Notes: a model not told the origin generated them from the letters alone. A stretch of DNA of 64,000 nucleotides from Patescibacteria group bacterium (GCA_020148025.1 JAHCRH010000001.1:12652-76651); one strand, 5' to 3'. Shown: positions 8,164 through 19,170, counted from the first letter of the stretch. Numbers and translations: made by a program.

Positions 8164-9185
8164 ATCAGAACAGGCTCTTAGATATTTCTTGGGAGACAAT
8201 TTTTAAAATTCTTTTTGCTGTTATTTGCCTTTATTTTCTTTATTTAATTAGAAATGTTCTTATCTGGTTTATCTTTGCTGTAATAATTTCAGTCTTATTT
8301 GAACCCTTGATTGATTTTTTGACAAAACGGAAGATCCCCAGATTAATCTCGGTTGTTCTCATCTATTTTATTATTTTTGGATTAATTGCTCTTTCGATTT
8401 ATTTTACTGTTTCCATATTTACTTCTGAGATTCGTCAATTTACAAAAGTTTTGCCCCAATATTTTGAAAAAATTTCTCCACCCTTAAAAGCATTAGGTTT
8501 CAGGGCTTTTGAAAATATAGAAGAATTTATAGACTTATTAAGTAAAAATCTGGAAAGAATGGCTGACACCATTTTTAGTGCTATAGCTGCTATTTTTGGA
8601 GGAATTTTGGCAACTCTTTCAATTTTTTCGATTTCCCTCTTTCTTTCTTTAGAGGGAAAGCCAATCCAAAAAGCTCTGGGCCTTATTTTCCCCCAAAAAT
8701 ATGAAGCCTCTTTGCTAGATCTTTGGTCAAGATGTAAAATTAGAGTTTCCGGTTGGTTTCTATCAAGAATTTCTGGTTGTCTTTTTGTTGGAATTTCAAG
8801 CTTCGTTGCTTTTTCTCTTTTTAATACAAAATATCCTTTTTCATTGGGATTTTTAGCGGGTATTCTTAATTTCCTGCCAATAGTTGGGCCGATTATTACT
8901 GGAATTATCATTTTTATAATAGTTTCTTTAGATAATCTTTGGCAGGCAATTTTTGTATTAATCGTCTTTATCTTAATTCAGCAAATTGAGAATAATATCA
9001 TTTTGCCGGCCCTAACAAAAAAATTTGTTGGTTTGCCACCGGTTATAGTTTTATTAGCCTTAACAGTAGGAGGAATCTTATGGGGAATCTGGGGGGCAAT
9101 CTTGGCTATTCCATTTTTTGGAATTTTATTTGAATTTTTTAAAGAGTTTTTACAAAAGAAGAAAGAGAAAGCAGAAATTCTTTAA
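8160..9185 (+). CDS. AI-2E family transporter
   Basis: Multi-TM; NFLPIVGP, QQIENNIILP, GIWGAILAIP motifs. Confidence 0.9.
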   Translation: MNQNRLLDISWETIFKILFAVICLYFLYLIRNVLIWFIFAVIISVLFEPLIDFLTKRKIPRLISVVLIYFIIFGLIALSIYFTVSIFTSEIRQFTKVLPQYFEKISPPLKALGFRAFENIEEFIDLLSKNLERMADTIFSAIAAIFGGILATLSIFSISLFLSLEGKPIQKALGLIFPQKYEASLLDLWSRCKIRVSGWFLSRISGCLFVGISSFVAFSLFNTKYPFSLGFLAGILNFLPIVGPIITGIIIFIIVSLDNLWQAIFVLIVFILIQQIENNIILPALTKKFVGLPPVIVLLALTVGGILWGIWGAILAIPFFGILFEFFKEFLQKKKEKAEIL

Positions 9186-9416
9186 ATGGCTATTTTATAC
9201 ATCGTTGCAACTCCAATTGGGAATTTAGAGGATATTTCTGTAAGCGCCCTCCGAATTTTAAAGGAGGTTGATTTAATTTTATGTGAAGATACAGGGGTGA
9301 CAAAGAAATTGTTGGATCGCAATTTGAGATAATTTATTAAAAAAATTGATGAGGTGATAAAAAAAATCGAAAAAGAGAAAATAAAAGGAGAATTTGTAGT
9401 GATTATAAATAAATAA
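9186..9416 (+). pseudogene. rsmI: rsmI (16S rRNA C1402 2'-O-methyltransferase) remnant with large internal deletion
   Basis: [39 protein letters not shown] then stop, followed by the C-terminal KGEFVVII; rsmI-metG-tatD synteny. Confidence 0.85.
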
Positions 9417-9425
9417 AATACATCA

Positions 9426-10958
9426 ATGAAAAAATTTTATGTAACCACAGCTATTGATTATGTGAATGCTCCTCCTCATTGCGGGCATGCTTTGGAGAAA
9501 ATTCAGACAGATGCGATAGCTCGTTATCATCGGCTTTTGGATGAGGAAGTTTTATTTTTGACTGGAACCGATGAAAATAGTCTCAAAAATGTTCAGGCAG
9601 CAAAGAAAGAAGGAATTCCTACAAAGAAATTGGTAGATAGAAACTCTAAGAAATTTTATGAATTGAAGAAAGTTCTGAATTTGTCTTTCGATGATTTCAT
9701 AAGAACCACTGAGGAACGCCATATTAAGGGGGCTCAAAAATTATGGTTAGCTTGCAAAAAGGATATTTATAAAAAAACTTATAGAGGGCTCTATTGTATA
9801 GGGTGTGAAGAATTTTACAAAGAGAGTGAGCTTGAAGATGGTCTTTGTCCTGAACACAAGACAAAACTCGAATTAGTAGAGGAGGAGAATTACTTTTTCC
9901 GACTTTCGAAACATCGAGATGAATTAGAAAAGATTATTAAAAACGATGAAATTAAAGTCACCCCCGAGTCAAGAAAAAACGAAATCCTTAGTTTTATCAA
10001 GTCGGGCTTGGAAGATATTTGTATTTCTCGCTCAGCAGAGCGGGCTCACGGATGGGGGATTGATGTTCCTGGAGATCCAACTCAAAAAATTTGGGTTTGG
10101 CTGGAGGCACTTTCAAATTATATCAATGGAGTGGAGTATGCTACTGATGAAAAAAAGTTTAAGAAATGGTGGCCGGCTGATTTACATGTAATCGGGAAAG
10201 GGATCTCCAGATTCCATTGTATATATTGGCCTGCATTTTTACTTTCGGCAAAATTACCCTTGCCAAAGAAAATTTTCGTCCACGGCTATTTAACTGTTGG
10301 TGGGCAAAAAATGTCAAAGAGTTTGGGAAATATTGTTGATCCGTTTGAATTAGTTGAAAAATATGGGACAGATAGCGTTCGATATTTTCTCTTGCGGGAA
10401 ATCCCTTCAGCTGAAGATGGTGACTTTACCTATGAGAAATTTGAAAAAAGATATAATTCAGATTTGGCAAAAGGTCTGGGAAATTTAGTAGCCAGAACCT
10501 TAACAATGGTTGAGAAATATTGTGATGGCAAAGTGCCTGAGATTGATAAAGATCCAGATAGTCATCCATTAAGAATTGATACAAAAATCCACAACTGGAA
10601 AAAGTCTTGGGCAGATGTAGATAAACACGTGCCGAATTTCCAATTCAATGAAGCACTTTCTTCGATCTGGAAATTCATCACTGAGGCCGATAGATATATC
10701 GAAGAAAATAGACCTTGGGATTTGGCAAAAGAGGGAAAAATCAAGGAATTGAATTGGATATTATATGGTTTGCTAAACGCCATTCATCAAATTGCCTGGC
10801 AAATTTATATTTTTATACCAGAAACTTCTGTAAAAATTGCCAAAGCTCTAAAATTAGAAAAATTATTGGTGAAAGACCCGAAGGAGAAAGATAGCTGGAC
10901 TAATATTAGACCAGGAACCGAGGTCAAAGAAATCAAACCATTGTTTCCTAAGGTATAA
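9426..10958 (+). CDS. metG: Methionine--tRNA ligase
   Basis: TTAIDYVN..HCGH, Zn knuckle CIGC/CPEH, KMSKS. Confidence 0.96.
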   Translation: MKKFYVTTAIDYVNAPPHCGHALEKIQTDAIARYHRLLDEEVLFLTGTDENSLKNVQAAKKEGIPTKKLVDRNSKKFYELKKVLNLSFDDFIRTTEERHIKGAQKLWLACKKDIYKKTYRGLYCIGCEEFYKESELEDGLCPEHKTKLELVEEENYFFRLSKHRDELEKIIKNDEIKVTPESRKNEILSFIKSGLEDICISRSAERAHGWGIDVPGDPTQKIWVWLEALSNYINGVEYATDEKKFKKWWPADLHVIGKGISRFHCIYWPAFLLSAKLPLPKKIFVHGYLTVGGQKMSKSLGNIVDPFELVEKYGTDSVRYFLLREIPSAEDGDFTYEKFEKRYNSDLAKGLGNLVARTLTMVEKYCDGKVPEIDKDPDSHPLRIDTKIHNWKKSWADVDKHVPNFQFNEALSSIWKFITEADRYIEENRPWDLAKEGKIKELNWILYGLLNAIHQIAWQIYIFIPETSVKIAKALKLEKLLVKDPKEKDSWTNIRPGTEVKEIKPLFPKV

Positions 10959-10961
10959 ATT

Positions 10962-11828
10962 ATGCTTATCGATACCCATGCTCACTTGAATTTTTCGGCT
11001 TTTAAAGATGATGCCGACGAAGTTATTCGTCGGTCTTTAGAAAACGATATCTGGATGATAAATGTGGGATCAAATTACGAAACCTCAAAAAGAGCAATAG
11101 AAATTGCCGATAGATATGGAAAGGGAGTTTTTGCTGCCATTGGCCTTCATCCAATAAATTTGCACACGGGATTAGTGAAGATAAAAGTTGACGATAAAGA
11201 AGGTGTTCATTTTGAAAAAGAATTTGATTTTGAAAATTACAAAGAGTTAGCCCGTTCGGCAGGCCCAGGGCAAGCCAAATCAAAAATTGTAGCCATTGGC
11301 GAAATTGGATTGGATTATTATTGGCGGCCCAAAACTACTAAAAAGAAAGAATTATTTAAACAAAAACAAAAAGAATTGCTTCTAGAAGAACTGAGATTAG
11401 CCCGAGAGTTGGAGCTACCAGTAATTTTTCACTGTCGAATGGCACACGATGACTTAATCGAAACCCTAACTAATTTGGACTGCGATTTCTACGATCGTAG
11501 AAATCGCAGTCAGATCTCGGGAGTGATTCACTGTTTTACCGGAAATTGGGAGCAGGCTCAAAAATTTCTGGAAATGGGGTTTCATCTTGGTTTTAATGGA
11601 ATAATTTTTAAATTAGATCTTGATGAAATAGTCAAAAAAACGCCCCTTGAGAAAATCTTAATTGAAACCGATTGTCCCTATCTTCCGCCTCCGCAATTTG
11701 AAAATCAAAGAAACGAACCGCTTTATGTTAAATATATTGCCAAAGAAATCGCCAAAATAAGAAATATAAGCTTTGAAAAAGTTGCTGAAATTACCACAAA
11801 AAACGCTAAAGAATTATTTGAAATTTGA
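10962..11828 (+). CDS. tatD: TatD family DNase with two short in-frame repeat insertions
   Basis: DTHAHL, GEIGLDY, HCF, ETDCPYL motifs. Confidence 0.93.
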   Translation: MLIDTHAHLNFSAFKDDADEVIRRSLENDIWMINVGSNYETSKRAIEIADRYGKGVFAAIGLHPINLHTGLVKIKVDDKEGVHFEKEFDFENYKELARSAGPGQAKSKIVAIGEIGLDYYWRPKTTKKKELFKQKQKELLLEELRLARELELPVIFHCRMAHDDLIETLTNLDCDFYDRRNRSQISGVIHCFTGNWEQAQKFLEMGFHLGFNGIIFKLDLDEIVKKTPLEKILIETDCPYLPPPQFENQRNEPLYVKYIAKEIAKIRNISFEKVAEITTKNAKELFEI

Positions 11829-11890
11829 TTTTTTGGATTTCTTGAGTTAATCTAAGGTAGAATAGAAAAGTTCTTTAAAGAGGGAAAAAA

Positions 11891-12415
11891 ATGGGGAAAA
11901 AAATAAGGATCACAATTATGGGCTCCCATGGTACAGGAAAGACTACTCTAGCTAAAGCTCTAGCTAAAAGGCTGAATTTTACTTATATCCAGGATGTAGT
12001 TAGAGAAGAAGCGGTAAAGAAAGGATTCATAATCAATGAAAATACGCCTCCCGAAGTTCAACTATGGCTTTTAATGCGACAGTGGGAACTGGAAACAACT
12101 ACTCCCGGCGGCTGGGTTGCTGATAAATCTTTATTCGATTACCTTGTCTATGGAAATTTAGTATTAAAAGACGAAGCTGTAAAAAGAGTAATCAGGAAAA
12201 TTGTTCAACGAAATGCTAAGTATGACTTCGTCTTTTATCTTCCTATTGAATTTCCAATGGAAGAAGACGGGATTAGAAGCATTGATCCAAAGTTTCGAGG
12301 AGAGATTGACCACCTTTTCAGGAAATGTCTAGATGAATTTGGTGTCAAATATATCGTCCTTTCGGGATCCGTTGAAGAGCGAATAGAGCAAGCTTTAGCC
12401 CATATAAGAAAATAG
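11891..12415 (+). CDS. P-loop nucleotide kinase/ATPase (NadR/AAA_28-like)
   Basis: GSHGTGKTT Walker A, DKSLFD, YDFVFYLP..EDGIR, GSVEER. Confidence 0.8.
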   Translation: MGKKIRITIMGSHGTGKTTLAKALAKRLNFTYIQDVVREEAVKKGFIINENTPPEVQLWLLMRQWELETTTPGGWVADKSLFDYLVYGNLVLKDEAVKRVIRKIVQRNAKYDFVFYLPIEFPMEEDGIRSIDPKFRGEIDHLFRKCLDEFGVKYIVLSGSVEERIEQALAHIRK

Positions 12416-12464
12416 AAGCTCTTTAAATATCTAAGTTAAAAAAGCCAGCTGAGCTGGCATTTTT

Positions 12465-13574
12465 TTATTTAAAGCACTTCCAATATTTTTTGAGAATCTC
12501 CTTTAGTTTTTGAACTATTTCCTTTGTTTCCCCTAATTTCGAATTTTTTGGTGGCCCCCCACCAAATTTGGTGGGGGGGTTTATTTTAATTGGTAAATCT
12601 ATTAATCCCGTAATTAAAGCTGTCCAGGCTAAAGGTAAAATTTCTTGATTATAACCTGAAGCAATTAAATCAATTTCTTTCTCTTGACAAACTTTATCTG
12701 CTAATTTTCTTACATTTTCTCCAATCATTTTTAATCCTTCCAAAGTTAAACCAAGATTGGTTAGACCATCGGCAAAATAAGGATCAGAGCCACCATACCT
12801 GATTATTATTTCTGGTTCAAACTCTTCAGCTATTGGGAAAATTATTTTTTCAAAAATATGTTGATAAGCATCATCACCAGCACCGGGAGATAAAGGAATA
12901 TTTAGAGTAAAGCCTTTTCCCCTCCCGTCGCCGATTTCATCCATGAAACCTGTTCCAGGATAAATTGTTCTTGGATCCTGATGAATATCTATAAATAAAA
13001 CCTGATTCTCGGTATAAAATGCTTCTGTCGTTCCATTTCCGGCATGGGCATCAGTATCTAAAATTAAAATTTTCTTGAGACCTTTTTTGAGTAAGTTTTG
13101 GGCACAAATTGCAACATCATTATAAACACAAAATCCCTCTCCTTTTTCTCTTTTGGCATGATGAAGGCCCCCGCCAATTGCTATAGCTTTTTTGAACCTA
13201 CCTTCGAAAACCAATTCCCCGGCCAACAAGGAAGCACCAACAGCTATTCTTGTAGCTTTTTCAATTCCTCTTGGCAAATAACCAGTGGAGGGGTCTAAAT
13301 TATCGACGGTGGCATATTGAAAAATGTTTGGCAAAATAATTCCCTCAGACGCTTTCTTCATCGCCTCAATATATTCTTGGCTATGAAATAACTTCAAATC
13401 TTCTTCAGTTGCAGGTTCTGGTTTAATTTCCTCAAAATAATCTTTGAAGTCTGGCAACTTTTCCTTTATAAAGTTAAGAAAAATTTCAAATCTCTCACTG
13501 GTAAAAGGATGATATTTTCCAAAACTATATTTTTTTATTTCTGGATTATAAATCAGAGCAGTTCTTTGTTTCAT
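12465..13574 (-). CDS. Zn-dependent histone deacetylase family protein (AcuC-like)
   Basis: GGGLHHA..GFCVYND, DTDAHAGNG, YPGTG, GSD motifs. Confidence 0.9.
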   Translation of the reverse strand: MKQRTALIYNPEIKKYSFGKYHPFTSERFEIFLNFIKEKLPDFKDYFEEIKPEPATEEDLKLFHSQEYIEAMKKASEGIILPNIFQYATVDNLDPSTGYLPRGIEKATRIAVGASLLAGELVFEGRFKKAIAIGGGLHHAKREKGEGFCVYNDVAICAQNLLKKGLKKILILDTDAHAGNGTTEAFYTENQVLFIDIHQDPRTIYPGTGFMDEIGDGRGKGFTLNIPLSPGAGDDAYQHIFEKIIFPIAEEFEPEIIIRYGGSDPYFADGLTNLGLTLEGLKMIGENVRKLADKVCQEKEIDLIASGYNQEILPLAWTALITGLIDLPIKINPPTKFGGGPPKNSKLGETKEIVQKLKEILKKYWKCFK

Positions 13575-13640
13575 TTTTACATTATATTTTAAATAAATTC
13601 TTTACTCAATCAGTTTCAAAAGCAGAGTTTTTCTGATAAA

Positions 13641-16157
13641 ATGAAAAATATGGAATACAAGCCGCGAAAAATAGAAAAGAAATGGCAAAGGATGTGGGAG
13701 AAAACAGGGATTTTTAAGGCAAGAGACTCCCTCTTTTTGCCAGCGAAGCGAAAAAGAGGGGGGCTAAAATTTTATATTTTGGACATGTTTCCCTATCCAT
13801 CAGCTCAAGGTTTGCATGTCGGTCATCCAAGAGGTTATATTACTACCGATGTTTTCGCTCATTTTATGAGAAGGAAGGGTTTTAATATTTTGCATCCAAT
13901 GGGTTGGGATGCCTTTGGTCTGCCAACTGAAAACTATGCCATAAAAACCGGGATCCATCCAGAAATTATTACCAAAAGAAATATCAAACGAATGAAAAAA
14001 CAACTTAAATTGATCGGTCTGGGCTATGATTGGTCAAGGGAAATAAACACAACTGACCCGGAATACTATAAATGGACTCAACAGATTTTTCTTCTACTTT
14101 ACAAAATGGGTTTGGCTTACGAAGCAACCTTGCCTATTAATTGGTGTCCTTCTTGTAAGACAGGTTTAGCCAACGAAGAAGTGATTGAAGGAAGGTGTGA
14201 GAGGTGTGGGACCGAAGTGATAAAAAAAGATCTAAGACAATGGGTTTTAAAGATTACCGTCTTCTCTGATAAGTTATTAAAAGATTTAGATTTGCTTGAT
14301 TGGCCAGAGAAAATTAAAGAGATGCAGAGAAATTGGATTGGAAGGTCAGAGGGGTGGGAGATTAAATTTAAAGTAGCGACAACTGACAAGCGACAAGAAA
14401 CAAGTATTAAAGTTTTTACTACAAGGACAGACACACTTTTTGGTTGTACTTATCTAGTTTTAGCTCCAGAGCATCAAATAATTCAAAAGCTTAAAGATCA
14501 AATCTTAAATTTCAAATCTGTTGAAAGATATATTGAAAAGTCAAAGAAAAAAACTGAGAGAGAAAGAATAAGCAAGGTGAAAGAGAAAGCTGGAATAGAA
14601 ATTAAGGGGATTAAAGCAGTAAACCCAGTAAATGGCAGAGCTATTCCTATTTTCGTGGCTGATTACGTTCTAATTCATTACGGGACAGGAGCCATTATGG
14701 CTGTTCCTGCCCACGATCAAAGAGATTTTGATTTTGCTAAAAAATACAATTTACCAGTAATCGAAGTCATCAAGCCCTATTATGTAAAAGAAGAATTACC
14801 CAAAGAAACTCCTTTAGTGATTTCTGATGGAAGATTTGAAAAAGCTTATGAAGGAGAAGGAATTTTAATTAACTCTGGTCGTTTTATTGGGATGAAATCG
14901 AAAATTGCTCGAGAAAGGATAGGGGAGTGGTTGACTAAGAAGAATTTAGCCAAAAAAGCTATATATTTTAAATTGAGGGATTGGATTTTTTCGAGACAGA
15001 GATACTGGGGAGAGCCCATTCCAATAGTTCATTGTCAAAAGTGTGGAATTGTTCCCTTAGGAAAAAAAGATTTACCTTTGAAACTGCCAAGAGTTAAAAA
15101 ATATCAGCCCACTGGAACTGGAGAATCTCCCTTAGCTGCAATCAAAAAATGGGTTAATACCAAATGTCCAAAATGTAAAGGTCCAGCCAAGAGAGAAACA
15201 AATACAATGCCCCAGTGGGCAGGTTCGTGTTGGTACTTTATTGCTTATCTCTTAGATAAAAATAAAGAATTTGCTTGGAATAAAAGAAAGATAAATTATT
15301 GGCTGCCAGTAGATTTGTATGTTGGGGGAGCTGAGCATGCCGTTTTGCATTTGCTTTATGCCAGGTTTTGGACAAAAGTTCTCTATGATGCCGGTTTAAT
15401 AAAATTCAAAGAACCGTTTTTAAAACTCAGGACTCTTGGTTTAATTTTGGCTCCGGATGGCCAGAAAATGTCAAAATCAAGAGGAAATGTGATTTTGCCT
15501 GATAAAATAATCGAAGAATATGGAGCTGACGCTTTTAGATTATACGAGATGTTTATGGGTCCATTTGATGAAGCAATAAATTGGAATGTTCAAGGGATAG
15601 TTGGAATGAGAAGATTTCTTGAAAAAGTCTGGAAACTGTTCGATGGACAAAAATCAATCGTTCCAATTAAAGAAGATAAAGAGTTAGAAAAATTAGTTCA
15701 CAAAACAATTAAAAAAGTAACCGAAGATATTGAGAATTTCAGATTCAACACAGCCATTTCTGCCTTAATGATTTTAGTAAATAATTTTCAGGGGAAAAAT
15801 TATGGCGTTTGGTATTTAAAAACATTACTTTTACTTTTGGCTCCTTTTGCTCCTCATATAGTAGAAGAATTGTGGCAAAAATATTTTGTTGAAAAACCAG
15901 AATTTAAGATTAACCGCTCAATTCACAACCAGCCCTGGCCAAAATACGATCCTAAATTAGTAAAAGAAGAAATGATTACTTTAGTTATCCAGGTGAATGG
16001 TAAGGTTCGAGATAAAATAGAAGTTAAGGCCGATATATCTGAGAAAAAAGCTAAAAAACTCGCAACTTCCCGTGAAAAAATCAAAAAACGGATAAAAGAC
16101 AAAAAAATCAAAAAAGTATTTTTTGTCCCCGGAAAATTAATTAATATCGTTGTATAA
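13641..16157 (+). CDS. leuS: Leucine--tRNA ligase
   Basis: DMFPYPS..LHVGH, MQRNWIGRSEG, SRQRYWG, KMSKS. Confidence 0.97.
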   Translation: MKNMEYKPRKIEKKWQRMWEKTGIFKARDSLFLPAKRKRGGLKFYILDMFPYPSAQGLHVGHPRGYITTDVFAHFMRRKGFNILHPMGWDAFGLPTENYAIKTGIHPEIITKRNIKRMKKQLKLIGLGYDWSREINTTDPEYYKWTQQIFLLLYKMGLAYEATLPINWCPSCKTGLANEEVIEGRCERCGTEVIKKDLRQWVLKITVFSDKLLKDLDLLDWPEKIKEMQRNWIGRSEGWEIKFKVATTDKRQETSIKVFTTRTDTLFGCTYLVLAPEHQIIQKLKDQILNFKSVERYIEKSKKKTERERISKVKEKAGIEIKGIKAVNPVNGRAIPIFVADYVLIHYGTGAIMAVPAHDQRDFDFAKKYNLPVIEVIKPYYVKEELPKETPLVISDGRFEKAYEGEGILINSGRFIGMKSKIARERIGEWLTKKNLAKKAIYFKLRDWIFSRQRYWGEPIPIVHCQKCGIVPLGKKDLPLKLPRVKKYQPTGTGESPLAAIKKWVNTKCPKCKGPAKRETNTMPQWAGSCWYFIAYLLDKNKEFAWNKRKINYWLPVDLYVGGAEHAVLHLLYARFWTKVLYDAGLIKFKEPFLKLRTLGLILAPDGQKMSKSRGNVILPDKIIEEYGADAFRLYEMFMGPFDEAINWNVQGIVGMRRFLEKVWKLFDGQKSIVPIKEDKELEKLVHKTIKKVTEDIENFRFNTAISALMILVNNFQGKNYGVWYLKTLLLLLAPFAPHIVEELWQKYFVEKPEFKINRSIHNQPWPKYDPKLVKEEMITLVIQVNGKVRDKIEVKADISEKKAKKLATSREKIKKRIKDKKIKKVFFVPGKLINIVV

Positions 16158-16159
16158 AT

Positions 16160-16594
16160 ATGAACGAAAAATATCCAACTGTTCATGTAGATCCAGTAAT
16201 TATTACCAAAGATTATAGAGTTGTTTTGGCTCTAAGAGCTAAAGGTATAGAAGGAGGTGGTAAATGGCATTTGCCTGGAGGACAAGTTTTGTATGGCGAC
16301 ATTATTTTAGATGCACTGAAAAGACCTACCCTAAGAAAAACTGGATTAAAAATCGATTTTTATTATGATTCTGAAAAAGAGTCTTTAGTGAATGCCTACA
16401 GCAACCCCAAAAGAGATAGAAGGGGACATTTTGTTGCACTAGTTTTTCTGTGCAAATTAGTTGGAGGGGATTTAAAACCTGGAGAAAATATACAAGATGT
16501 GAAATTTTTCTCTAAACAAGAATTGAAAAACCTAGACATAGGTTGGGATCATAGAGAAATGATTGAAGATGCCTTTAAAAAACTTAGTATATAA
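16160..16594 (+). CDS. NUDIX-family hydrolase (degenerate Nudix box)
   Basis: WHLPGGQV..ALKR....KTGL, YSNPKRDRRGH, WDHREMI; catalytic Glu residues replaced. Confidence 0.75.
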   Translation: MNEKYPTVHVDPVIITKDYRVVLALRAKGIEGGGKWHLPGGQVLYGDIILDALKRPTLRKTGLKIDFYYDSEKESLVNAYSNPKRDRRGHFVALVFLCKLVGGDLKPGENIQDVKFFSKQELKNLDIGWDHREMIEDAFKKLSI

Positions 16595-16595
16595 A

Positions 16596-16895
16596 ATGAG
16601 TTTTAAACAATTTTTAAAACCAGACTGGAGAAAGATTGTTTTATCAATAATAATTTTTCTATTTCTTTTTATTTATGGGATTCCGTGGTGTATAGATCCT
16701 AGCGAAGAAGGATGGTTGAGACGTCCGGATCCAGAATATTGGGGCTGTCATAGTGAGTGGCATAGACAGTTTCATTTTATTCCCGATTGGCCTATTGGCC
16801 ATCTTGGGATCTCCTTTTTTGTTTCTGCATTGATTTCTTATTTCATTTCCTGTCTCATAATCTGGATTTACGATAAGATAAGAAAAAAATCTTGA
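16596..16895 (+). CDS. Small two-TM hypothetical protein
   Basis: MSFKQFLKPDWRKI..YFISCLIIWIYDK; probable ATG 16596. Confidence 0.7.
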   Translation: MSFKQFLKPDWRKIVLSIIIFLFLFIYGIPWCIDPSEEGWLRRPDPEYWGCHSEWHRQFHFIPDWPIGHLGISFFVSALISYFISCLIIWIYDKIRKKS

Positions 16896-16948
16896 TTTTT
16901 AATAGAAGGGTTGCTAAAATAGAATAGGAACTTGAAAAGTGAAAAATA

Positions 16949-17257
16949 ATGAGAATGAAAAGGAGAGAAAAGGTGAAATGGAGGTGGGAATTAGAGGAAC
17001 CAAAAAAGGAGATAATTGTCCCGACCCTGAAAGAGAAAATTGAACTCGGCCTATCTGACCAAGAATGTATATTGATCTGTTTTACAAAATACCCAAATAG
17101 CCAATGCTTTAGAGAACGTAATGCCCAGCCACTTTGTAGTTTATGCCCTAAATCTAAAAAGATAAAAACAGAAGAAGAATTGGCAAAAGAAATCGAGATC
17201 CTGCTAGCAAAAACAATGAAAAAGTTAGTTCGTAAAAGACGTTATCGCAGGCGTTAA
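16949..17257 (+). CDS. Hypothetical basic protein with four Cys (CxxxC / CxxC)
   Basis: 102 aa; TGCTAAAAT upstream; AGGCGTT/AACGCCT terminator overlapping stop. Confidence 0.55.
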   Translation: MRMKRREKVKWRWELEEPKKEIIVPTLKEKIELGLSDQECILICFTKYPNSQCFRERNAQPLCSLCPKSKKIKTEEELAKEIEILLAKTMKKLVRKRRYRRR

Positions 17258-17330
17258 AAATTGATTTAACGCCTTTTTTATTTCTTCTGTTCTTTTTTAA
17301 AATTAAATGTTAAAATAAAAAATCAAATTT

Positions 17331-19151
17331 ATGTGCGGAATAGTAGGTTTCTTCGGAAACAATAATAATATAGAAATTGGACTCGATGTTTTAAAAAGAT
17401 TGGAGTATAGGGGATATGATTCAGCTGGCTTAGCTTTTTTTAACTCAGAAAAAAAAGAAATTTTTTGTTTAAAAACTGCGGGAAGGATAAATTTATTAGA
17501 AAAGAAACTTAAGGAATCTAAATTTGATTTTAATGGGAATCCTTCAATTTTTCATACGAGATGGGCAACCCATGGAGAAGTAACCGATGAGAACGCTCAT
17601 CCTCACTTCGACTGTCAAAAAAATATTTTTTTGGTTCACAATGGGATCATTGAAAATTATAGGGAATTAAAGGAAAAGTTGATTAAAGAGGGTCATCAAT
17701 TTTCATCTGAGACAGACACCGAAGTTTTATCTCATTTAATTGAAAAGTTCTTTCAAGGGAATTTGGAAGAGGCAGTAAGAAAAGCTCTGAGATTAGTAAA
17801 GGGGACCTATGCAATTTGTGTAATTTCTCGTCAGGATCCTCAAAAAATCGTTGCTGCCCGTTTATCTTCTCCTCTCTTAATAGGGTTAAACGGCAAGGAA
17901 TACATTGTAGCTTCTGATCCAGCAGCAATCGTTCCTTTTACAAGAAAAATAATAAACCTCGACGATTATGAAATAGCTGTTATCTCTCCAGAAAAATTTT
18001 TCATTCTTAAAGAAAAAATTCCGGAAGAGATAGAATTTACCCTTGAAGAAGCCGAGAGAGGGGGCTATTCTCATTTCATGCTGAAAGAAATAATGGAACA
18101 GCCAGAAAGTTTAGAAAACTCTCGAAGGGGAAGATTGATTTTGGAAACGGGTCAGGCAAAGTTGGGAGGATTAGAAAGCGTTAAAGAAAAATTAAGAAGG
18201 ATTAAGAGACTGATTATTGTTGCTTGCGGAACTGCTTACCATGCTGCTTTAGTGGGTAAATACATGTTAGAAGAATATGCCAGAATTCCAGTTGAGGTTG
18301 AGGTGGCCTCTGAATTTCGTTACAAAAAACCAATTTTAGATAAAAACACAGCAGTTTTAGCCATTTCCCAAAGCGGTGAAACAGCTGATACATCGGCAGC
18401 AATTAAAGAAGCAAAAGAAAAAGGGGTATTAACTCTGGGAATTGTAAATGTTGTTGGTTCTTCGATTGCTAGAGAAACAATAGCCGGAGTTTACAATCAT
18501 GCCGGACCTGAAATTGGGGTAGCCTCAACCAAAGCCTTTACTTCCCAGCTTGAAATTTTAGCTCTCTTAACTTTGTTTTTAGGAAGGCAAAGGGAAATGT
18601 CATTGGTAATTGGCCAAAGGATTGCCAGAGAAATTTTAAAAATTTCTGATTTGGTAAAAGAGGTTTTAGAAAATTCTTCGCAAATTGAAAAATTGGCAGA
18701 AAAATATAAAAACTATAATAACTTTTTATTTCTTGGCAGAAAATACAATTTTCCAGTCGCCTTAGAAGGAGCTTTAAAGCTCAAAGAAATTTCTTATATC
18801 CATGCCGAAGGCTATGGAGCTGGAGAAATGAAACACGGACCAATTGCCTTAATTGATGAAAATTTCCCGACTTTTGCTATTTGCCCTTCAGATTCAGTTT
18901 ATGATAAAATGCTTTCTAATATCGAAGAAATTAGAACAAGGAAAGGTAAACTGATTGCCTTAGCAACAAAAGGAAATAAAAAAATTCAAGAGTCAGCAGA
19001 TGATGTAATTTATATTCCAAAGACTTTGGAGATGTTAACTCCAATTTTAAGTGTTATCCCCTTGCAACTTTTCGCCTACTACCTAGGACTATTAAGAGGA
19101 TGTGATGTTGACAAGCCTAGGAATCTTGCTAAATCAGTTACAGTAGAATAA
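17331..19151 (+). CDS. glmS: Glutamine--fructose-6-phosphate aminotransferase
   Basis: MCGIVG, LEYRGYDSAG, HTRWATHG, C-terminal PRNLAKSVTVE. Confidence 0.98.
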   Translation: MCGIVGFFGNNNNIEIGLDVLKRLEYRGYDSAGLAFFNSEKKEIFCLKTAGRINLLEKKLKESKFDFNGNPSIFHTRWATHGEVTDENAHPHFDCQKNIFLVHNGIIENYRELKEKLIKEGHQFSSETDTEVLSHLIEKFFQGNLEEAVRKALRLVKGTYAICVISRQDPQKIVAARLSSPLLIGLNGKEYIVASDPAAIVPFTRKIINLDDYEIAVISPEKFFILKEKIPEEIEFTLEEAERGGYSHFMLKEIMEQPESLENSRRGRLILETGQAKLGGLESVKEKLRRIKRLIIVACGTAYHAALVGKYMLEEYARIPVEVEVASEFRYKKPILDKNTAVLAISQSGETADTSAAIKEAKEKGVLTLGIVNVVGSSIARETIAGVYNHAGPEIGVASTKAFTSQLEILALLTLFLGRQREMSLVIGQRIAREILKISDLVKEVLENSSQIEKLAEKYKNYNNFLFLGRKYNFPVALEGALKLKEISYIHAEGYGAGEMKHGPIALIDENFPTFAICPSDSVYDKMLSNIEEIRTRKGKLIALATKGNKKIQESADDVIYIPKTLEMLTPILSVIPLQLFAYYLGLLRGCDVDKPRNLAKSVTVE

Positions 19152-19170
19152 AATTAGAAATTAGAAAAAT

